Shown here: in pieces, positions 1-10,363 of the stretch | How positions within the stretch are numbered: position 1 is the stretch's first letter | Layout of the letters: each line of letters starts with the position of its first letter | Assembly: GCF_964188315.1 (NCBI RefSeq) | Contig: NC_135656.1 | Span: forward strand, 122,016,001 to 122,080,000 | Reading direction: 5' to 3' | Length of the DNA: 64,000 bases | DNA from: Podarcis muralis | Taxonomy: Eukaryota | Program-made: the position numbers and the translations under genes | Notes under the pieces: generated by a model | Seen by the model: only the letters and a program-made list of their open reading frames with translations | Database searches by the model: none | What the model was told of the DNA's origin: nothing

Positions 1-792
1 TAAGCATTGCACAGAAAAGTGAAGCAACAACAGACACCTTAAATAAAATAATCCAAAAAGGCCCCGTTACTTTAAAAAATATTACACGCACCCAACACAT
101 TTAGAGCATGTCAAAGGCTCTTGGTCTCCCACAAAGAATCATGACAGCTGTAGTTTGTTGGGAATTATAGCTCTTTGAAGGGTAAACTACAGTTGCCAGG
201 ATTCTTGTATTGAGTGCTTTACATTTATGGTGTACACAACAGCATCAGCAAAGGCACAATATGGAAACGAAAAGGCCCTAGACCTACCCAGGAAGCTCAG
301 CTTTTTGAGGAAACGGGACTTGGACAATAATTCATGCATAACCACACACTCGTTTGCTAGAACATTGCTAGATTTAGACCCTAGATCTTATCTGCTGTCC
401 TTTTAAAGTTGCACAGTTAGAACAGCAACAACCCACATTCATAAGAACAAGTAATGAAAAACAGCAGAATTTGTTTTAAGAGAGATGGCTTCTGTTGGGG
501 ATGTTCTGGGATTAACAAGTTTTAGGGTAGTACTCAACCAGTGACTAGTGGTGCGGGAATCTGTCCCATTTTTCCTATACTGTTTTCCAGATTTAAAATT
601 CCCACCCATTTCACAAAGCTGTTTGCTCTTTGAGAGGAAACATTCATTTACCATATAGGCCAGGGGTTCCCAAAGTGATGCCCTCCAGATGATATTCACC
701 TCCAACTCCCATGAGCCAATATTCACCCCTTAGACTGCTCTGATGGTGACTCTCTTTGTGAAACCCTTCTTCAGCCAGCAGGACAAATCCTT

Positions 793-1125
793 CAACATAA
801 GAAGAGGCTCCTGGATCAGGCCAACGGCTCATCTAGCCCAGCATCTTGTTCACACAGTGGCCAGCCAGGTGATTGTAGGAAACCAGCAAGCACAGCATGA
901 GCACAAATGCACTCTGCCCTCATGTGACTCCCAGCAACTCAGCACCCAGAAGCATTGGTGCCTCCAACTAGGGACGTAGATCACTGTCATTATGCCTAGC
1001 AGCCATTAATAGCCCTTGCCTTCATGAATTGGTTTAATCCTCTCTTAGAAGCTTCACTGCCTCCTCTGGGAGTGAGCTTCATAGTTTACTTCCTATTCAG
1101 AGAGGTTGCTGTTCTCTGTATGTTG
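793..1125 (-). mobile_element. CR1 LINE 3' fragment in intron 2 of gene A
   Basis: AACATAAGAAGAG..CTGGATCAGGCC..CATCTAGTCCAGCATC, the reverse of a reptile CR1 3' end. Paralogous copies lie in B and C. Confidence 0.65.
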
Positions 1126-1146
1126 CCCATGCTAGTGTGTTCATAC

Positions 1147-2531
1147 CTGGGGGATTTTGTAGGTTCCCAGCATACTTGAAATCTGGAGTGAGGTGTCAGA
1201 GTTGACCCCTTCAATGAAAACCAAGGGCTTCTTCTCTCTTCCACAGTGGTAGTTTGGGACATTGGCCCTCCCAGGAGAGAGCAGATCTAGCGTGGCGTCA
1301 TAGGTCATTCTTGCATTGAAAAAATTCTCATAGATGTCATAGCCCAGGGTGATGTTGGGTAAGATCCCAGGGTCCTGATTAATCTCATGGATGGCGATCA
1401 TGAAGGATAGGCGATACCAGTATGGTACCATATCTGATGCCCTGCAACAAAGCATGAAGCCTAATGTCAGTCTCCGTTCAGTGAATACTGTCAAGTCCCT
1501 GCTTTCTTAACCCTATAAGAAATTGCAGCCACGAGAATGAAGCAAAACAGAACATCCACATCACATAATCAGCCATATGTGAGTTTGTTGGAAGCTGAAC
1601 GGCTGCTTGCCAGTTAAGGAGAGATAGAAGCATATTTGAGCACTTGAGTGCTGGAAGCAAGGAGTGAATACCACCCACAAATATATTGAGAAAAAGTTTG
1701 TAAAAGGACAGGGCACTAGTTTGTTTCTTTATTTTTTAAAAAAGGAAGAGGAGATGTAAAATAGAAATCTTTACCAGTCATATAATTCCTGCTTCTAATT
1801 GTTATTGCTGTTGTTATCCTATTTAGTAGCTACGTTTCACCCTAAGGTCCCAGGGCAGGTGAACTGTACTGGCTGCCAGTTGATTTCTAGACTCAATTCA
1901 ACGTGATTGTATGTTAACTTGATAGATAGATTGTGACCATTTAATAGTTATAGTCCTGCTCCTGTCAGAGGAGTACAGATCAGGCCATCTTTACATGTCC
2001 CAAGTTAAGAAGTTGGGATGCAGATGATCTCTGGATCTTCTTGATTCACCATCAATTTGTTTCTTTTTTCCAGTGGAAAAAAGTAAGGAGGGAAGTAATG
2101 CACATACATTTTGTGTCTTCAATGGGCAAACTCTAGAAAGCAGGACTTGTCCCTGGCATGTAAGCATTAGAGGCTTGGGCAGTCACAGCTAAGCACAACC
2201 GTATTAAAGAATATGCTATGTATATATGCCTACCCATCAATCACAGTTTTGTCTGCTGTGCAGAAATTGCATGGGGAAATGCAGCGTACCTTCTACTGTA
2301 AATAAAAGGGGTGGCAAGGAAATGGTGTCCAATATGCAGAATTCGTAATGTAGATATGACCCCGCTTATGAGGTGGTCTCCTGGCTCGTAATAATTCATT
2401 GCATCTGGACTGTCCCTTCTCAAGTTCAATGGGCATTTTGCTTTCCGCAACCTAGAAGCTGCACAGGGAAGCAGCAGCAGCAGCAACAACAACATCAATA
2501 AGAGCCTCACTCTGGGTCTGGCTCCTGTCAT
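1147..2531 (-). CDS. V2R gene A (vomeronasal type-2 receptor), exons 1-2 only; continues beyond left edge
   Basis: Exon 1 is 2531-2290 (ATG, poly-Leu signal peptide, C-P-L-N...[14 protein letters not shown], donor AG|GTACGC, phase 2). Exon 2 is 1441-1147 (295 nt, TGCAG| acceptor, [19 protein letters not shown]...YKIPQ|GTATGA). The ORF-track start at 2555 is TTG, not ATG. Confidence 0.9.
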
Positions 2532-2699
2532 TACATCTGTTTTCACTGCTCTCAACTTAGCAAGAAACTAACTAGATGAAGCCCAAAGTCTCAAACAAGA
2601 CCGAAGCCCCAGAGAAAAGGTGAGGAAAGGGAGGATACGAAGCTTTCACACTGGCAGAATCCCTGCCTGCCTGGAAGATAAGTCAAAGCCCTCGATGGC

Positions 2700-2895
2700 A
2701 CAAGAGGTCTTTAAATATGCAGCAGGCATTTCAAGCTCTCATTTCTGAAATATCTGTTCTTTGTGTCAAAAGTGGGTACATTGCTTGAGTTTTGCCAAGG
2801 AATAAATCACTATGATTATGATAGGTATGTGGGGAATAATCCTCTCTGGAATCACTGTGGAGCTTGGGCAGCAGCTGCAGAGCTGGAAGAAAATA
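2700..2895 (-). promoter_or_regulatory. Putative core promoter of V2R A
   Basis: TATTTAAA (2717-2710) ~180 nt upstream of the ATG; AAATCACTATG block (2804-2814) and CAGCTGCAGAGCTGGAAGAAAA block (from 2872) are shared with the paralogs. Confidence 0.5.
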
Positions 2896-2904
2896 TCACA
2901 ATCT

Positions 2905-3185
2905 GATTTCTCTTTGCTCTAGAGGGTAGGACTCGAACCAATGGCTTCAAATTAAAGTAATGGAGACTGCAACTAAAAATCAGGAAAACTTTCTGACAGT
3001 AAGAGCTGCTTGAAAGTGGAATGGTCCCCCTTGGGAGGTTGTGGGCTTTCCTTCCTTGGGGGTTTTTAAGCAGAGTTTGAATGGCCATCTGTCATGAATG
3101 TGTTAGTTGATATTCCTGCATTGCAGGGGGTTGGACTGGATGCCCCTTGGAGTCCCTGCCAACTCTGCGCTTCCATAATGCTATG
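2905..3185 (+). mobile_element. CR1 LINE 3' fragment
   Basis: AGGAAAACTTTCTGACAGTAAGAGCTG...CCTGCATTGCAGGGGGTTGGACTGGATG tail; paralogous copies at ~14800-15065 and ~25425-25686. Confidence 0.7.
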
Positions 3186-3552
3186 ATTATGTGTTCACAA
3201 TATCTAACTGATGTGGTGAAATGTGATCCTAGAATGACAATCATTTAAAATACATCACCAGATAAGCCGGGCTGAAACTATTCTTTCAGGACATGTTGGG
3301 GAACTTCTGTTGCCTGGCGGACAACATATGAAAAAACAACCATAGAAGCCCCCTGTGCCGGTCAAATATTTTATTTCAAAGTATTTGTAACTCTCCCCAT
3401 CACCTCAAATCCTCTCCTGAGTCATATGTTGGGCCTAGTCACTCCACAGCTTTTTGACATTTGAATATTTCATTTTATATCTGCAAGTTGCAGGGTTTTT
3501 TTATTGCCTTTCTGTTCACAGATCCCTACAATGGAAAGGAATGTACAAAGAA

Positions 3553-3988
3553 TCAGATGGCATCTTTACTTTTTGTCGTCAGGTGCTCCTTTGTATTCAG
3601 ATCAGGCCTGAGTAAAATAATGTAGCACTTGGGCATGAAGATGCAGCCCAGAAGCCCAGCACTGGAGGCCAACATAGAGAAGACCTGCACGGCTACCATG
3701 TATTTCCCCTTGGTGCTCAGGTAGGTGGGCACAAAGGACACCCAAACACTGCAGAAGACCAGCATGCTTAAAGTGATCAGCTTGGCTTCATTGAAGGCCC
3801 CAGGCAGCTTCCTGGCTAGGAAAGCCACCGTGAAGCAGATGGCAGCCAGGAAGCCCATGTAGCCCAGGGCACCATAAAACATGGCAGCAGACCCTACATT
3901 ACATTGCAGGATAATCTCTGCAGGTTGGGAGTGCAAGTCTGAGTCTGGGAATGGGGGAGAGGCCCCCAGCCAGGTGGTGCAGATGAGA
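3553..3988 (-). pseudogene. Truncated V2R exon 6 (C-terminal part of the 7TM domain)
   Basis: Encodes ...[25 protein letters not shown]...[14 protein letters not shown]...KSKDAI*. Homology to exon 6 of B/C/D stops abruptly at 3988; there is no acceptor and no 5' half. Confidence 0.9.
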
Positions 3989-4047
3989 TTAATGTGATTT
4001 GAAATAATGTGATATGATTGGCCTGTTAATAAAAATTATGTTTTTTT

Positions 4048-4371
4048 AAAAAGAGATCAAAACATGATGGTAATCTGCCAGTTTCCTACGCCCATAGTGA
4101 TTTCGATCCGTCTTGGCCTGAAGGCTATCATTGCTTATATTCAACGCACGTCTTTTCTGTGAAAGACCAGAAGCGATGTAAAGTGAAGGAGAACCTTTCA
4201 GGTTTCCCTCAGGACGTCCTTGAAAGGAGCCTGTTTCAGGACACTTACAGCATTTACAACACGGTCCGAGCTCTGGCCCATGCCTTAAATGCTGCGTATT
4301 TCTCTAGATCCAAGAGGGTGGTGATGATGGGTCAGAACAGGTTGGAAGATGAAAAAGTCCAGCCATCATAG
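4048..4371 (+). pseudogene. Inverted fragment of V2R exon 3 (3' end)
   Basis: Reads [12 protein letters not shown]...CLY...[43 protein letters not shown]...KVQPS* on the strand opposite to the cluster. The last codon CAG is TAG here, followed by the normal GTATTC donor. Confidence 0.9.
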
Positions 4372-4542
4372 GTATTCATTTTCCTTCTCTAATGATCTGG
4401 ATGGATTTTGTTCCATTTTAAATAACGATTTGTTCATTGACAGATTTGTAGGTCCATTTCCTTTAATTAACAGAAATTAACCAAGCATTTAAAAAGGAGA
4501 TAAATGAGGTTATAAAATACTGTTCATCAAAATGATTAAAGC

Positions 4543-4660
4543 AGACAAAGCTCATACCAAGAAAAACTTAGTTGGTCTCTAAGGTGCTACTGGACATTAT
4601 TTTTATTTTTAAAATATATTTCTACTGTGTCAGAAAAGCACGGCTACGTACCTGAGTCAA
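4543..4660 (+). mobile_element. Penelope-like element fragment
   Basis: AAAGCTCATACCAAG...TTAGTTGGTCTCTAAGGTGCTACTGG...CACGGCTAC, the same motif as 39622-39720. Confidence 0.6.
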
Positions 4661-5065
4661 TATGATTCGGTACAGAATTAATAGACCCTTCAATAGTTAC
4701 CTTGATCTGCAAGACTATGGACTGCTAGCAATGATCATGTGACCCTTTCAAAGAGAAGACCAAAGATTCTTTAAAAGGAAATGACATTCATATTACATCT
4801 CCATTCATATACATTCCTAGGTATGCCATCATAATAGCAAGATAGAATTATACTGCAAGTCAGAAGTTCAATAAAGTGTATTTCCAAAGTTTCTCCACAA
4901 ACCCATTCCAAGACCAAATGGTTCCCTGGTCTAGGAGATGGTGTCTCTATAGAGAAGAGCAACACACCAGCCTTCACCCCCTAGTCTAGCCTGGTGCAGG
5001 ATCATAAACTCAGGTGGGCAGAGCTAGGTAAGGTCAGACACACCCAGTTTGTTCACCCAAATTAT

Positions 5066-5262
5066 GGAATCAAGGAATTGTAGAATTAGAAGGAACCCTG
5101 AAAGTCATCTAGTCCCACATACTGCAATGCAGGAATCTCGAGTAAATCATTCTTGACAGATGGCTATCCAACCTCTGTTGACAAACCTCCAATGAAGGAG
5201 AGTCCACAACCTCCGAGGGAGACTGTTCCTCTGTCAAACAGCTCTTAGCGTCAGAAAGTTCT
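5066..5262 (-). mobile_element. CR1 LINE 3' fragment
   Basis: TCATCTAGTCC...TGCAATGCAGGAAT...CAAACAGCTCTTA.CGTCAGAAAGTT, the reverse of the CR1 tail. Confidence 0.65.
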
Positions 5263-7257
5263 TGGCAATGCAAGACAAATCAGTCCACTCATGTGCAATC
5301 AAATCATGAAACAGCATGTTTTTAACGTGGACTGATCTCACATTCAGCAGTAGCAGCACCAGACCAGATGTCTTTGTAGATCTGCTACTAGTAACCTCTG
5401 GTGGTGTGAGAGGGCTGGAACAAGGAAGAGAGACCAAACACCTAGGCCTCCACCCCTGATGGTGGCCAGCCCCCTCCCCACTCCAACCAGGCTTTCCCCT
5501 GCCCACCACCACTGGAATTAGGGCAGCATCTTGACCACGCCCTGCTACCTGCCCACCTGGAAGCATTAAATCATTTCCATTCACCCCGTTTACAGTTGGG
5601 GGATTAGGCCACAGAATACTAATCTAAGGCACATTATTAGACATGCCCCACACTGTCGGAAGAAGATGTTAGTCCTCTAGCTGCTTTCCTCCCACTGACT
5701 CTCATTCAGAGGGGGAACTCCACCAAACCTAATTTCCCTTTCAACCAGCCGCTCACCCTGGTTGAGGGTCACAAGCCTGCCTCATGCAGTTCCAGGCCTG
5801 CAAGTCTGCAGCCTGTCTGGTAGCTGCCACAACCACATCCACAGCTATAGCTTGGAGCAAGACTCAGAGAGGAGGTGGAATTCCCTCCCCAACCCCAACA
5901 CAGAGGCTCTTGGGTGGAACCTATTTCTCAGGCTGCTTAGCTGATGGAAGAGCCCATTCTGAAAGACCTCAAGTATACTGGGGAAATGATATACCAATGG
6001 TCCTTAACTCCAGTAAAATTGGGGTAAAATTGGCAAAAGATAAAGATGACCTATCAAGATATTGGGGGCCCAAGTTGTTTCAGGGTTTTAAGCACTAACG
6101 TGAACAATGAAATCTGAGCTTCCAGTGACAATGTTGCTGGACTCCAAGGCTGTGGACCTCGTCCACCCAGAGGAGCGCAGCCCCTTTTAGCTCAGACCAT
6201 CTTCCCACTCAAGAACATGGAAGATAGAACATCTCTAAGTTTTCAGAATTCGTCTTCAATTTCCTTTAGGAGCAGATTATTTTGCGGACCTATAAGAAAC
6301 GGTTGGAAGCAATACACTGGGCATTTGTGTCGAGTTTAAGGTTTAAAATGGTGAATTGCAAAGCCTCCTGTGGAACTTCCCTATATACCAGGGGTCCAGG
6401 TTCTCACCTTGATAATGCGGTACGCGAAGATAATTAAAAAGAGGATTTATTGCAAAAAAAACAACAACAACAGATAACTCCGGTGGCTGTAACGTACCAC
6501 TGTCATTAATCATGATGACCCTTCCTGAACTCTCCTTTCTTTTTCTACAGAATATACTGAACCGGCGCTGTTTGTGCCCTTTGTTTTTCTTCCTGTCTAA
6601 CAGACCTCCCATACAGCGATGGCACAAACTAATTGGCTCAGCTCCGACTTCCTCTTTTCCTGTCTATTCTCCCGCCTGTTCACTCTTTCGAAGAGTGTTG
6701 GCTCTGTTTCCCCCCTGTCGCGCTATCAGTCGTCCCCTTGGCAACCTGCATTCCTAGGGCTGGAGGAGATGAAGCGAGCTGATGGTCTGCCTGATTAACT
6801 CCTAAGCTTCTCTGCTCCTGGCTGCTTTCTGCATTTCACTGGATATTCCAGTTGTGCAGCCTTGTGCCAAATCCACTTCCTTCTGCACAAAAGGAAGAAA
6901 ATGTCAGACTCTGTGTGCGGCACATAAGTTACAGGTACAAATTTATTTGTGGAAAATAAGATCATGCAACACCGGTCAGGGTGACAGAGATATAAAGATC
7001 ACCTGGGCATATTAAGAGGATTTATTTGAAACATGTTCTGAAAAGGGGTTCCTATTTAGTGAGACATTAAATCAAAAGGGCCTCTGACAGTCCTGGGATG
7101 ACTGTGCTTTCACTTTGGAAATGACATGTTAGGTTTTGGATAGATTAAAAAATAGTTACAAGAGCAGCTCATAATAAACACCTGAAAGGGAAATAGCTTC
7201 TTTCCATAAGTATTGTGCTGCACGCAGATTCCCTTGGTGGGAAAAGCGCATTAAGAA

Positions 7258-10200
7258 TCAAATTCCATCTTTTGTTTTTGTTGTCAGGTGCTCCTTTGTG
7301 TTCAGATCAGGCCTCAGTACAATAATGTAGCACTTGGGGATGAAGATGCAGCCCAGGAGCCCAGCACTGGAGGCCAACATAGAGAAGACCTGCACGGCTA
7401 CCATGTACTTCCCCTTGGTGCTCAGGTAGGTGGGAACAAAGGACACCCAAACACTGCAGAAGACCAGCATGCTGAAGGTGATCAGCTTGGCCTCATTGAA
7501 GGCCCCAGGCAGCTTCCTGGCTAGGAAAGCCACCGTGAAGCAGATGGCAGCCAGGAAGCCCATGTAGCCAAGGGCACCATAAAACATGGCAGAAGACCCT
7601 ACATTACATTGCAGGATAATCTCTGTAGGCTGCGAGTGCATGTCTGAGTCTGGGAATGGAGGAGATATTCCCAGCCAGGTGGTGCAGATGACAACTTGGA
7701 CACTGGAGCAGGAAAGGACAACAGCATTGGCCAGAGTCTTCCCCAGCCATTTCTTCACCCTGTTCCCTGGCTTTGTGGCCAGGAAAGCCAGCACAACGGT
7801 AATGGTTTTGGCCAGCAAAGAAGAGACAGCAACTGAAAAGATGAGGACAAATGCAATTTGTTGGAGAAGACAGGTGGCTTTTCCTGGCTGGCCAATGAAG
7901 AGCAAGGACGACAAAAAGCAGAAGAAGAGGGATACAAGGAGGGTGTAGGAAAGGTCTCTGTTGTTGGCTTTGACTATGGGAGTTCCTGAGTATTTAATGA
8001 AAATTCCTAACACCAAGCCTGTGATTAAGGAGAATAACAAGGTAAAGAAAGACAAGAGTATCCCCAAATAGTCTTCATAGGACAGGAAAGTGATAATCTT
8101 GGGAACACATTGATCTCGGTCCTTGTTTGAGTGCTGATCTTCTAGACATTTGGTGCAATGGTTTGCATCTGAAAGGAAGATGAGTGACTTCAGTACCCAG
8201 GGTCTCAAGCAAGGGACATTCCCAGCCCCAGCGGGAGATACTATGACTTGAATCGGCAATCTGTTGCGTGAAAAGCAGATACCCCAACCTTGGGTAAAGG
8301 TTTTATGGGGGGGGGGAAATAAAATAAAGAAATAATACTGTGTTGGACAGGACTACAAAAGTTGCCCTATTCCTTCTCTCACTTGCCTTCCACAGTGGAG
8401 ACGGTCCCTTTCACACAGGGAGCACAATCATAGCAGCAAAGTGGCTCTCCTTCCCGGATGACCTTGACATCCCCAATATGACAGCTCTCAGAACACCTGG
8501 AATGAGGGATGGTCTGCCCATAAAGAAAGATGGTCAGGAATTAGTGGTATGTCTATCTATGCCAAAATACTGGAGCCAATAGGAATCTTTCACTCGTGGC
8601 AAGGAGTAGGTCTGGTGGAGTGGTTTTTGGTGGAGTGGACAGTTCTCCAAATGCAGAGAAGCAGAAAATGGATTCCCATTACCCAAGGATTGATCCTTGG
8701 ACCTGTGGTTTTTACCTTCTTCATAGCTGTCTACAGATAGGGGTGAGCATTCAGGCAGCCATATTTGATGATGATAATAAATTGTAGGTGGCGCTGTGGT
8801 CTAAACCACTGAGCCTCTTGGGCTTGCCAATGGGAAGGTGGGCAGTCTGAATCCACACCATGGGGTAAGCGCTAGCTGCTCTGTCCTAGTTCCTGCCAAC
8901 CTAGCAGATAAAAAGCACACCTCTGCAGTAGATAAATAGGTACCGTTGCTATGGGAAGGTAAATAGCATTTTTGTGTGCTCTGGCATGTGTACCAGTGTC
9001 CCGTTGCACCAAAGTGGTTTAGTCATTCTGGCCACATGACCTGGAAAAGCTGTCTACAGACAATGCCGGCTTCCTCAGCCTGAAAGCAGAGCTGATCACC
9101 ACAACCCCTAGTTGGATTCGACTGAATTAGACTGGGTCTAACCTTACCTTTACTAAAATTTTAAGGGAATTTTACACAAAAATAGATTGTGAAGACCTCC
9201 AAAAGAACCTCTCCAAACTTGAGTGGTTGAGCAATAAATTGGCAAATGTAATTCAAGGCAAACAAGTGTGAAGTGATGGAAGTTGAGGCAAAACATATTA
9301 CTTTCATAAACATGCTCCTGGGAGTTGAAGTAGGGATGACTCTTCCTACAAAACTAAAATCCCTTTCAACCCAATATGCTCTGTTGTCTTTTTCCTTTTT
9401 GGATCATAGTCAAATGTATCTGAATGATTTAACCCACCTTATTAAACCAAAGGGGCCACACGATGGCATCCTGATCAATGGTGAATTTTACACCTGCGGA
9501 TCCCTCTCTCTCCAGACTCCCAACTTTCCCTACGTGAAGGGAGTCGTTGGGAAGCATCACAATGTTCACCAGGTCAAAATCAGCTGTCAGGTCCCCATTC
9601 TCATCTAAATATATTCCACCCATAGAAGCATTGTAGAACTGAAAATCACTCAGGAAACGGTGAAACTAGAATGACAGAGAAGATGGCAGCAGTTAAGAAA
9701 GGTGGCTATTTCCACCCAGGTGGTTCACATATTATCTAGGCACATAGTAGCCATGGAGCTCTTTTCTATTTCCAGTACAGTGGTACCTCAGGTTATATAC
9801 GCTTCGGGTTACATTCGCTTCAGGGTACAGACTCCGCTAATCCAGAAATAGTGCTTCTGGTTAAGAACTTTGCTTCAGGATGAGAACAGAAATCGTGCTT
9901 GGGCGGCGCAGCGGCAGCAGGAGGCCCCATTAGCTAAAGTGGTGCTTCAGGTTAAGAACAGTTTCAGGTTAAGAACAGACCTCCAGAACGAATTAAGTAC
10001 TTAACCCGAGGTACCACTGTATATCTGCAGGAGTATCTCCACCCCCATCGTTCTGGCCGGACACTGAGGTCTAGTGCTATGGGCCTTCTGGCTGTTTCCT
10101 CACTGTGAGAAGCCAAGTTACAGGGAACCAGGCAGAGGGCCTTCTCGGTAGTGGCACTTGCCCTGTGGAACGCCTTCCCACCAGAGAAGAACAACTACCA

Positions 10201-10331
10201 GAATTTTAGAAGACATCTGAAGGCAGCCCTCTTTAGGGAAGTTTTAAATGTTTAACATACTTTATTTTAATAATTTGTTGGAAGCCGCCCAGAGTGGCTG
10301 GAGAAACCCAGCCAGATGGGCGGAGTATAAA

Positions 10332-10363
<32 letters not shown>

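Larger units (their letters stand above)
4048..5987 (+). repeat. Inverted paralogous segment (exon 3 end plus intron 3) matching ~10380-11890 of gene B
   Basis: Reverse-complement similarity to gene B intron 3. Mirrored spurious ORFs: 5234-5584(-) vs 10768-10992(+), and 5784-6098(+) vs 10233-10577(-). Confidence 0.85.

Noticed and set aside
3553-4371. Reading the 127-aa and 70-aa ORFs as short functional genes
   Set aside because: They are truncated V2R exons on opposite strands, lacking acceptors, promoters and upstream exons; one has a nonsense codon.
8169-8259. N-terminal extensions of the 333/327-aa ORFs (also 18144-18234 and 28879-28951)
   Set aside because: These are intron 5 sequence; the exon starts after the polypyrimidine tract and AG at the Asp-Ala codons.
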